A DNA stretch of 63,971 nt, the filler included, from Octopus bimaculoides (Eukaryota), in assembly GCF_001194135.2 (NCBI RefSeq). It is 3 parts of 3 records of this genome, joined end to end, with 100 filler letters (N's around TTAATTAATTAA, not from the genome) between each part and the next. Parts side by side here need not be neighbours in the genome. Positions count along the whole stretch, not along the records: positions 1 to 18,951 come from NC_068992.1; positions 19,052 to 50,392 come from NC_069004.1; 1 more part is not named here. One strand, 5' to 3'. A program made the position numbers and the translations under genes. The notes below the pieces were generated by a model. That model ran no database searches and was not told the DNA's origin. It saw only the letters and a program-made list of their open reading frames with translations. This document shows, one piece after another, positions 13,241 through 23,149 of the stretch; position 1 is the stretch's first letter; each line of letters opens with the position of its first letter.

Positions 13241-14206
13241 TCGTTATATATATATATATATNNNNNNNNNNNNNNNNNNNNNNNNNNNNNNNNNNNNNNN
13301 NNNNNNNNNNNNNNNNNNNNNNNNNNNNNNNNNNNNNNNNNNNNNNNNNNNNNNNNNNNNNNNNNNNNNNNNNNNNNNNNNNNNNNNNNNNNNNNNNNNN
13401 NNNNNNNNNNNNNNNNNNNNNNNNNNNNNNNNNNNNNNNNNNNNNNNNNNNNNNNNNNNNNNNNNNNNNNNNNNNNNNNNNNNNNNNNNNNNNNNNNNNN
13501 NNNNNNNNNNNNNNNNNNNNNNNNNNNNNNNNNNNNNNNNNNNNNNNNNNNNNNNNNNNNNNNNNNNNNNNNNNNNNNNNNNNNNNNNNNNNNNNNNNNN
13601 NNNNNNNNNNNNNNNNNNNNNNNNNNNNNNNNNNNNNNNNNNNNNNNNNNNNNNNNNNNNNNNNNNNNNNNNNNNNNNNNNNNNNNNNNNNNNNNNNNNN
13701 NNNNNNNNNNNNNNNNNNNNNNNNNNNNNNNNNNNNNNNNNNNNNNNNNNNNNNNNNNNNNNNNNNNNNNNNNNNNNNNNNNNNNNNNNNNNNNNNNNNN
13801 NNNNNNNNNNNNNNNNNNNNNNNNNNNNNNNNNNNNNNNNNNNNNNNNNNNNNNNNNNNNNNNNNNNNNNNNNNNNNNNNNNNNNNNNNNNNNNNNNNNN
13901 NNNNNNNNNNNNNNNNNNNNNNNNNNNNNNNNNNNNNNNNNNNNNNNNNNNNNNNNNNNNNNNNNNNNNNNNNNNNNNNNNNNNNNNNNNNNNNNNNNNN
14001 NNNNNNNNNNNNNNNNNNNNNNNNNNNNNNNNNNNNNNNNNNNNNNNNNNNNNNNNNNNNNNNNNNNNNNNNNNNNNNNNNNNNNNNNNNNNNNNNNNNN
14101 NNNNNNNNNNNNNNNNNNNNNNNNNNNNNNNNNNNNNNNNNNNNNNNNNNNNNNNNNNNNNNNNNNNNNNNNNNNNNNNNNNNNNNNNNNNNNNNNNNNN
14201 NNNNNN

Positions 14207-14609
14207 CTTCACTTTATCGTGCAGTTACTGTTAATACCTCGTTCAGAGATTTAACATTGCTTGTTTTCACTTTTTCGATATCAGTGAATAACTTCACTGG
14301 AAAAAGACTTATATTTTGCCAAGGGATTGTCCTTCTCATCGATGGTCGGCGATTATCGTACGCTGAAGAAGGGAAATAACCCTGAAACTCGGGTCCGTAC
14401 GTATCGCAGACCAAGATGGGAGGGATAACTTCCCTTGGCAAAAATAGACAGGACACAGATGTGTGTCGATAAGCCAGCTGCAGGAGATGTTCTCCTGGGG
14501 CTAAAAGCAACAGTAACATCCACCCTTAGGGGTCAGCCACATTTAAATGGCAAATATACTTCACTTTATCGTGCAGTTACTGTTAATAGCTCGTTCAGAG
14601 ATTTAACAT
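14207..14609 (+). mobile_element. 352-nt hammerhead-bearing repeat unit plus 51-nt partial second copy (retrozyme-like or Penelope pLTR monomer)
   Basis: Direct repeat 14207-14257 = 14559-14609 (1 mismatch), period 352; hammerhead inside; multiple hairpins; no meaningful ORF. Confidence 0.75.
14357..14401 (+). ncRNA. Minimal type-I hammerhead ribozyme, intact core; predicted cleavage after C14395
   Basis: CGTACG-CTGAAGA-AGGG-aaataa-CCCT-GAAA-C-tcgg-G-TC-CGTACG: helix I 6 bp, helix II 4 bp, helix III 2 bp, GUC triplet. Confidence 0.9.
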
Positions 14610-15099
14610 ATATATATATATCATTTATATTATATATACCCTCCTGGACTTAGTATTTATAAGGTCTTTTATATAAGTAACCCTTCTAATTAAATACCCC
14701 TAAGAAACTATAAATATCATGCATGGAGTAGCAATAATAACTTCTAAAACCTATAGTGTAACCCTTAGTTTTAAAACATTAGTATAAAATTAGAATGTCC
14801 CATAACATAAATATTCCCTTGGCTAATACCTGGTAACAGTCTTTATTTATATTAGCTAAATAAGTAAATATATAAGGTTTAGTTTAGTATATTTTGAATT
14901 ATTATACATTTTCTATAAATCTTCTGTATTGTAGTTAATAAACTACACATACTTTATCATGTTTTCAGTGATTAAGCTATTTTATTCCTTCTCAATGGTG
15001 ATCAGCCCTACCTGATTATTTTATTTCATTATTATTTTATAATAGCCTTTATTTATTTATTTATAAAATAAAACTAATTTTTGTACCTCTATAAATTCA

Positions 15100-15604
15100 T
15101 ACTTAGCTTATATATAACAATATTGGTATATTCACTACTTAAAATAAACTGCTTAGATTATAATTATGTTCTTTGTCCATCTCCTTAACTGCTTGGAGAT
15201 TTAAGGTAAAATTATGCTAATGTGTTTATCTGTTTTAATTAAATTAAATTCTATGTCTTTGTCCAGCTGAGGAATGCTTTGCATTTAAATTGATGAAATG
15301 GAGTTGCGTGGAACAATCGTACTGCATTACCTTTGGATATCCTTGTTGTTTATTTTGATTACATATATATACATATATATATTTCGTTTTTGGATTTGGT
15401 TTGCAAGTTTTTTTATGTGATTTCCTGTGTTGAAGCATATTCTGTTGTGTCTGGGGAGAGTCATTTTCTTATCGTGCCTTAAAATTTAACACACGCACCG
15501 TTAAAATTTCCACTTATTTCTTATTTTTATTTTTATAAAAATAAGAAATAAGTGGAAATTTTAACGGTGAGTGTGTTTAATTTTAAGGCACGATAAGAAA
15601 ATGA
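15100..15604 (+). mobile_element. pLTR-like repeat with a degenerate hammerhead core, ending in an inverted duplication
   Basis: CAG-CTGAGGA-ATGC...GCGT-GGAAC-aatc-GTA-CTG at 15264-15324; 70-bp palindrome arms at 15461-15604. Confidence 0.45.
15461..15604. repeat. Near-perfect palindrome, 70-bp arms, 4-nt TTTT loop
   Basis: 15461-15530 is the reverse complement of 15535-15604 with 2 mismatches; the right arm runs into an N gap. Confidence 0.9.
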
Positions 15605-16279
15605 NNNNNNNNNNNNNNNNNNNNNNNNNNNNNNNNNNNNNNNNNNNNNNNNATATATATATATATATATATATACATATATATATACAAAGGAGGGAGT
15701 GACAGAGATCATATTTACGTGAATGGATGATTCTAGATAAGGAACTGATATGTAAATGGATAAGGTAGAAATGTGTGCCTGTTACATATACAGATGCGGA
15801 TATGCAATAATGCATTTCGCCTTTGTCGGAGAATATATTTTTCAAGTCTATTTTCTCTCTGTATATTGTAGACATAAGCGATGCAGTTACTTTGTAATTT
15901 ACTACTATTTAATAAAGGGTTGTTGATAAGCAGATTACCCTCCACAGAATTTTTATATTTTCCATTAATGATGTACAAAGTATATTTGATTTATTTAGGC
16001 AAACAGAAATGCGTAAACCAACCGATGTATATGTATATATATATATCAGATGATGAAAACTCTTCCAAATTATGTGATGAACATATGTGTCACCCCTTCA
16101 TAAAAAATGGAAACGCTTTTCATATTTCTGAACAAATTTTTGTAGCTGACCTTCCGAAGTAAAATGGTACTACTGTGTTTATTTTCAATCTGATATTCAC
16201 TTCTTTATGCAGAGAGTATTCGACAAGCTTTTTCCATATGTTGCAAGTGTAATATCTAAAATTAAGTGTCCTGCTTTAC

Positions 16280-16430
16280 CTTCTTAGTTAAAATTCCGCT
16301 GAGGTAGACTTTGTTTTTCATGCTTTCGGGGTCGGTAAAATAAGAACCATTTGAGCACTGGGGTGAATGTACTCGATTAGCTCTCTCCCGTAAACCTGCT
16401 GGCTTTACATCAAATTTTGAAACCAATATT
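16280..16430 (+). mobile_element. SINE family C, partial
   Basis: AAATTCCGCTGAGGTAGACTTTG...TTTCGGGGTCGG...GAGCACTGGGG. Confidence 0.65.
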
Positions 16431-17624
16431 AAGCGTCCCAAATAAACAGTATCAAATTCCAGAAGCAGCTTAACATACGCAATTGTTTCGTCAATGTTAG
16501 ATCAATGTGATCGGGAGAATATACAAGCATCTTGGATAAATGTCCACCTAACAACAAAACTGTAATACTTTTCTTCTCTATTGTTACCTTGTTCTCACAT
16601 CGTTTTGCACATCTACGTGTGTGTATGTATATATGTTTGTATGTAGGTATGTATTCATGTATGTATGCATGTATTCATGTATCGTATAGCCATTATTGAC
16701 AACAGCGGCAGTTGTAACAAGCTTCCTTGTAAGATTATACTTGCCTTGTATGTTACAGAGAGCGAAAAATACTGAAATCACGCGGTTACAAACGCGGGTT
16801 CTACACGTCACTCCCATTCCTGATAAAATTTGATACGTGTCACACTTTTCCGTTTAGCTTTCATTTACTACTCTTCAAATATAGATTTTTAACATTTACT
16901 ACATTAAATTTCGGCCATAAACTTGAAAGAAAGATACTTTAGGGATTTTTAAATTCATTTCTGCATAGGAAATAACATAGGGCAAAACCTATGATTCTTC
17001 CTAGGGATCATAGGTTTCAGTCAGGTGTATCGTGTCAAATGCTTGCAATACGATGGACACTCATGAACAATGTAGCGGTAGCAAAACGGAAGTATGATTT
17101 AGGTCCACTTCCATCCCTGTTTATTTCAACATAATATTTTCTTAATATAATGGCAAATATTTCATAGTGTGTTAGAATGCAATTAATGCAGAGTTCTCCC
17201 AAGTTGTAATTCGAGAGTGGAAGGTAAAGTGTTTAAACGAAATATAGCAAAAACTGTAGTCAGTGTTTCTGATAGCTTAGTATTCTATGTAGTTTGAAGA
17301 ACACTTCTAGCTACAGAATTTTGCATAAATATTACACATAAATAATTATTAATAGGCTGTTTAAATATTGATATTTAACAGAATATCAAATTATGTAAAT
17401 TCGGCAGGTGTCGTGAAGCTAGTGAATGCAGTTATACTTTATTTATGATATATATTTACATTTCTACCCAGCTGTTATTACAATTATAATGTGAAAGCAT
17501 CTATATATATTATATTTCTGCTTCAAGTCATTGAAGTAGCATCAATTTTAAAACTGCATCTTCAAAGGAATGTAAGGCTATATTTCCTTTGTAGAAAATA
17601 TATAAATACATATATCTTTATCTT

Positions 17625-17679
<55 letters not shown>

Positions 17680-18069
17680 NNNNNNNNNNNNNNNNNNNNN
17701 NNNNNNNNNNNNNNNNNNNNNNNNNNNNNNNNNNNNNNNNNNNNNNNNNNNNNNNNNNNNNNNNNNNNNNNNNNNNNNNNNNNNNNNNNNNNNNNNNNNN
17801 NNNNNNNNNNNNNNNNNNATATTTACATGTGTGTCTATGTGTGAGTGAGTGTAGTATTTGTATATAATTCCTAATTCACCTTAACGATATATTAGTTTAT
17901 TCACGGGCTTTATTTACTGAATTTGATTATGAAAAACCATTTAAAAATTGAATCAGGAAACTGGAAATAAATGTTAATCAATGTTTCAGATTTATCCTCC
18001 CCTTTTGCATTTTAAATTTCAATTTTGAGTAACTCGTCCTCGACAGTTTCCTAGTTCTTGTTTTACTAG

Positions 18070-18080
18070 CAATGGCAGCT
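18070..18080 (+). other. Candidate 11-nt micro-exon CAATGGCAGCT
   Basis: Pyrimidine-rich acceptor TTCTTGTTTTACTAG immediately upstream, consensus donor GTAAGT immediately downstream. Confidence 0.3.
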
Positions 18081-18951
18081 GTAAGTAGAAGCTAAAAACT
18101 GAGACTATGAAGTATATCTATGAAACTAAGTAATAATGACTAAGAAATTATCAGTACGACTGTGGACGGAACAGACTAGCATTCAAGGTTATTTCAATTT
18201 CATGAAATATTTGAATAGGCTATTTCAAAATTGACATACTAATAGATCAAGAATGATTATATTAAAGGAAACCTAAATCATCATTAAGAGGTAAAATTAT
18301 GGTATCAAATGTAAACAATGAAGTTATTAATTTACTTGTTGCCACGTGATACTGACAAGTGAGCTGATTGAATTCAATGCAACCTGGTTGAATTCAATAG
18401 AATGTTGAATAGTTAAATTCAATACAATACACTAACTATTAATTATATTAACTTGCAAGACTAAACTTTAGAAAATAAGATTAGAAAAAGTATGAAAGTG
18501 ACTCTGTTACTTAACTTTAAGATGAATACAACAAAACAATTTGAAGATTGCTACTCGAAAATGATATTCGTTTTCTATGATATCATTGACAAGATAGCAG
18601 AAATGTTTACGCTATAGCTTTGTTAAAAGCAACACTCAATATATAAATGACATATAATTTAAAATTAGTCATATATATATATATATATATATTATAATAT
18701 TTTATAATATTTTATGATATGTATTAATCATTCTGGATGTTCTATCGAAATGTACATAGGTCTATTTATTTGTTATTATTATTGTTATTGTTGTTGCAAT
18801 AAAGTATTTTCAACGGATTAATTTTGAGGTCTATTTAAAGTTGATATATATTCAAAGACTCAACTGTGAGTTTTCTGCTAAGATTGTTAACAGATACTAT
18901 ATTTTTTACCAAATTTTTTGGTTAAAAAAATATATATTTAATATATATATA

Positions 18952-19051
18952 NNNNNNNNNNNNNNNNNNNNNNNNNNNNNNNNNNNNNNNNNNNNTTAAT
19001 TAATTAANNNNNNNNNNNNNNNNNNNNNNNNNNNNNNNNNNNNNNNNNNNN
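18952..19051. other. Artificial scaffold linker N44-TTAATTAATTAA-N44
   Basis: Exactly 100 bp; identical construct at 50393-50492; stops in all six frames. Confidence 0.9.
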
Positions 19052-19350
19052 GAGCGAAAACACCTAAAAGCTCCACGAGGCTCCGGCGGGGGATGGTGGC
19101 GAACCCTACTGTACTCTTTCACCACAACTTTCTCTCACTCTTACTTTCTGTTTCTGTTGTGCCTGTAATTGAAAGGGTCAGCCTTGTCGCACTGTGTCAC
19201 GCTGAATATCCCCGAGAACTACGTTAAGGGTACACGTGTCTGTGGAGTGCTCAGCCACTTGCAGGTTAATTTCACGAGCAGGCTGTTCCGTTGATCGGAT
19301 CACCTGGAACCCTCGACGTCGTAAGCGACGGAGTGCCAACAACATAACAC
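19052..19350 (+). mobile_element. SINE family B, head lost in the gap, tail ending GGAGTGCCAACAAC
   Basis: Matches 4745-5050 in opposite orientation; tail shared with 29295, 47945 and 57412 copies. Confidence 0.8.
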
Positions 19351-20019
19351 AATTATTAACGACAGCTAATTATCATTCGTCCGAAGGATGTTTATATTGT
19401 GTTTCTCTAAAATATCATAAACTTGCTTAGGCATTGACTTGGTGTCCAATTTCTTGACCCAGCACTCCTAGTCATGGTTTTTCCTCAAAATCCTTTAATC
19501 TTGTTATATATTCTGGGTCTGCCACTACACAACGAAGGTACTCGGGGCATCCCTTTCACTCCTGGTACATCCACTTTTATAGCTCCGTCCCACGAGACTA
19601 TTTCGTTATACACTTCTTCATTGTCTCCACTGTACAATATAACATATTTCTCCAAAGGCGAAGGTGGGGAAATTTGGGTTTATGCCAGGTAGGGCATGAA
19701 AAGGGCTGGTGTCTTTAGGGAGTGGTTGAGACAGAGTGCGTGCGTGTGGGTGGGAGCTGGGTGGGTGTGGGATGGAGATCGTCCTTTACAGCATATGCCG
19801 TTTTTTTTTTCTCTGTCCCTTTTTCCCAGCTGTTTCCCATTCATTGCCCGTCTCCTCTTCTTCGACGCTGGTACTTGTCTTTATCTGTGGTGCCGCTTCA
19901 CTCTCCTTTTAAGCNNNNNNNNNNNNNNNNNNNNNNNNNNNNNNNNNNNNNNNNNNNNNGGGGGGGGGGGGACACTCATACATATGTAGGTGTATGTATA
20001 TACGATAGCATTTCCACTT

Positions 20020-20440
20020 AATTTCTTATTTCTTTATTGCCCACATGAGGCTAAACGTAGAGGGGACAAACAAGGACAGACAAAGGGATTAAGACGATTA
20101 TATCTACCCCAGTGCATAACTGGTACTTAATTTATAGACTCGGAAAGGATGAAAGGTAAAGTCGACCTCGGCGGAATTTGAACTCAGAACGTAACTGCAG
20201 ACGAAATACCGCTAAGCATTTCGCCCCGCGTGCTAACGTTTCTTATTTCTTTATTGTCCACAAGGGGTTAAACAAGACGATTACATCGACCCCAGTGCGT
20301 AACTGGTACTTAATTTATAGACTCGGAAAGGATGAAAGGCAAAGTCGACCTCGGCGGAATTTGAACTCAGGACGTAACAGCAGACGAAATACCGCTAAGC
20401 ATTTCGCCCCGCGTGATAACGTTTCTGCCAGCTCGCCGCC
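20020..20440 (-). mobile_element. Two tandem SINE family C copies
   Basis: GGATGAAAGG.AAAGTCGACCTCGGCGGAATTTGAACTCAG occurs twice, about 180 bp apart. Confidence 0.85.
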
Positions 20441-20964
20441 TTAATTTCCACTTAGTTTCTTCCAATCTAATTCACTTCCAAAACATTGATCAGCCTATGC
20501 CTCTGATTATTGTTCAAGGCATGTCCAATGTAACTGTGTGGCTGCAAAGAGAGCTTCTTAACCACACAACCTTGGCGTTTTTGTTTGAAGACACATTTGC
20601 AAAAGATGCCGATTTCGTTAGTCACGTTTGCACCCGGAGCAGTTCGTGCGCACATTGTGCTGCTGCTGTTATCAGTAGTGTAACAACACTATTATGCTGT
20701 ATTTTTCTGTTAGGCTTTTGTTGTTATTATTATTATTATTATTTTGTGTGTGGCTTACTCTCATTTATTTGTGTTTTAATTAATATATTATTTTATATAT
20801 ATTATTATTTTGTTATTTCTTTTCATTAGTTTGGTGGGTGGGGTCGTTGTTTTGCTATGTTTACTGTAATCTTTCCAGAGCGTGGATTTAAGAAAAGGAG
20901 CCATTTTTAATTTAGGGTTTAAACGATAGAATAAAACTAAGGCATTTTCTTTTGTCTGTTATCT

Positions 20965-21368
20965 TTTACTGGTTTCAGTCATTAGACTGCGGCCATGCTG
21001 GGGCACTCCCTTGAAGAGTGTGTTTTTTTTTAATTTTTAGTCTAGTACTTATTTATTTTTTAAGGCTTGGTACTTATTCTATCGATTACTTTTGCTGAAC
21101 CGCTATGTTACAGGGACATAAACACACCAGCATCGGTTGTCAAGCGGTGGGGTGGAGAGCAAACACAGACACAAACACACACACACACACACACATGCAT
21201 ATACACGACGGGCATCTTTTCAGTTTCCACATACCAAATCCACTCACAAGGCTTTGGTCGGCCCGAGGCAATAGTAGAAAACTCTTGCCCAATGTTCCAC
21301 ACAGTGGGACTGAACCCAGAACCATGTGATTGGGAAGCAAGCTTCTTACGACACAGCTACGCCTGTAC
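20965..21368 (-). mobile_element. SINE family A, full length
   Basis: Reverse complement matches 503-920, including the internal (CA)n. Confidence 0.85.
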
Positions 21369-21925
21369 CCGCCGCCTTCCTTTGGCCAGGAAGAGCGGAC
21401 AATTTTCCTCAGTCTGGTAACAATAGCGAAAGATGTTGTATGGTGGACCAGGTTGAAAGGACTGAAGACGGACCCTTTTTCTCTTCGGCCAATCCCTCAT
21501 CACCTTTTCAAGATTTCACTTCGAAAGGAAGATGAGGATGGAGAGAGAAGTGATGAGCCCACCCCACCCCTACCAGTACATTTGCTGAAAGGTGGGTGAA
21601 TGTAGCGAAATTGGCCAGTGTGAGTGGACCTACTCTAATAAGGCGCCTGTAAGCAGGTGAATTTGAGGAGGAGAGGCGTACCTTTCCCGAGTACCCTCGA
21701 AGCGTCGGGTGGTTCAGGATTGGTGGGGTACCTGAGCCAATCCTGGATGGTCATTCCCCCCTATTGGGAAAATCTCGTTGTTATATTTTTCTTTGTTCTT
21801 ATGTTTATTGTTATTGTATTCCTAATTGTTTACTCGTTGCTTTGTGTAAAACCCCCACTGTCCCCGTCTACTGTAGTGTCCCCTATATGTCGATCCTAGT
21901 GGGCAATAAAAGAAATAATAATAAT
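21369..21925 (+). mobile_element. 5'-truncated L1/Tx1-like LINE 3' end with 3' UTR
   Basis: IFLSLVTIAKDVVWWTRLKG...MRMEREV...FAERWVNVAKL resembles a Tx1-type ORF2 C-terminus; ends in AATAAA followed by an (AAT) tail. Confidence 0.6.
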
Positions 21926-21950
21926 ATTAATTATTATTATAATTATTATT

Positions 21951-22666
21951 CAGTAGTTTTATTTTTATAACGTGCTTTCACTTCACTACCGAGCGCAGCT
22001 CTGTGTGCCTTGGGTATGTGCTGTGGTGCTCTTATGGTTACTGTATTGAAAGTGTTTTGCGTAGGATGTGTGCAGTGCCCAGTAGTGCCGTTCTTTGGGT
22101 AGAGGACTGCTGTAAAATAAGCGTATAGGATTGAAATATATTCTTCACGTGTCCATTTATGCCTTTTTGGTTTTATTTGCGGGACATGAGGAACAACGTC
22201 CGGCCCTTTATTTTGACGGTCATCATTTTCGTAGGGTACCGTTCCGTTCATTTCTGTTGTCAAATTGTTTTGCACGCGTAGTTTTTCGTACTTTTAGTGT
22301 AACAAGTTTAAAGTAAGCATTTCCCGGTTGTTATTCTTGGGTGGAATAATACCGGTATTATTTAATCTATTTGTAATTTTTTTGTACATGGTGTTGATGT
22401 ACCAAGCGTGTTTACGTTTGCTGTACGAGCAATAGAGAAGATATTCAGTTAAAATACATCATTTCATTTGGAAAATAGAAATAAATTTCAATGAGTATTA
22501 CTTACTCGGATGTAGTCCAAACCTTTCTCAGCTATTTTTGGCTCCATGCGATGTCTTTATTTCCAATGTTTTGGGATAAATTTCGGAGCAGTGTTTTATC
22601 GCTCTCACATGTTAAACGCCGCCGGTGTATTTTGTTAAACGTCCCCGGCGTATTTTTCCGTTAAAC
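21951..22666 (-). mobile_element. Internally deleted R4/Dong-like (RLE) LINE derivative inserted in (TAA)n
   Basis: N-terminal KRHKWTREEYISILYAYFTA joined directly to C-terminal ALLGTAHILRKTL and 3' UTR; (ATT)n on both flanks. Confidence 0.7.
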
Positions 22667-22690
22667 ATTATTATTATTATTATCATTATT

Positions 22691-23047
22691 CAACATTCGG
22701 TAATCTCAGGTAAATTTCTACTGCATCATCTGCTACACTTCGGAGTGTGCAACATTGAGTATCCTTTCTTGTTATTAGGGTAGTGCACGCTCTTCCCAGT
22801 ATTGTATTGCGCCAGTTTCCTTTGTTATGGGGTCTGGTGCAGTCTTTTGTTGTGTTAGGGTTTGTGTTGTGTGTCTGTGTGTGTTATACGTTGGGAAACG
22901 GCCTGCTGGTGGTTGTTTATTTTATTGGATATTTGCTATATAGAGTGTGTCTTGTGTTTGTGGATTGTTTTGTTCGGATTGTATTATTGAATTGATAATG
23001 TCTTGCGTAAGATGTAGGTTGTTCCTAGCACGGCTATTTTTTTCTGG
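22691..23047 (-). mobile_element. R4/Dong-like LINE 3' end (second family)
   Basis: QKIAVLGTTYILRKTLSIQ* then 3' UTR and (TAA)n tail. Confidence 0.7.
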
Positions 23048-23149
23048 CGGGGGGGGGGATACTGTGTAGTGTTGAGGGTTTAGGTGTAGCTTCTATGTTT
23101 TTTTTTTCATATACTTTTTTTTTAATCATACCGAATACTCCAATTATTA

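Noticed and set aside
11247-14379. Long ORFs spanning N gaps (also 28346, 34022, 40376, 46310, 62101)
   Set aside because: Composed of X and dinucleotide-repeat translations; artefacts.
14640-15240. AT-rich tract as a mitochondrial insertion (NUMT)
   Set aside because: No recognisable mitochondrial protein or rRNA motif in the frames I tried.
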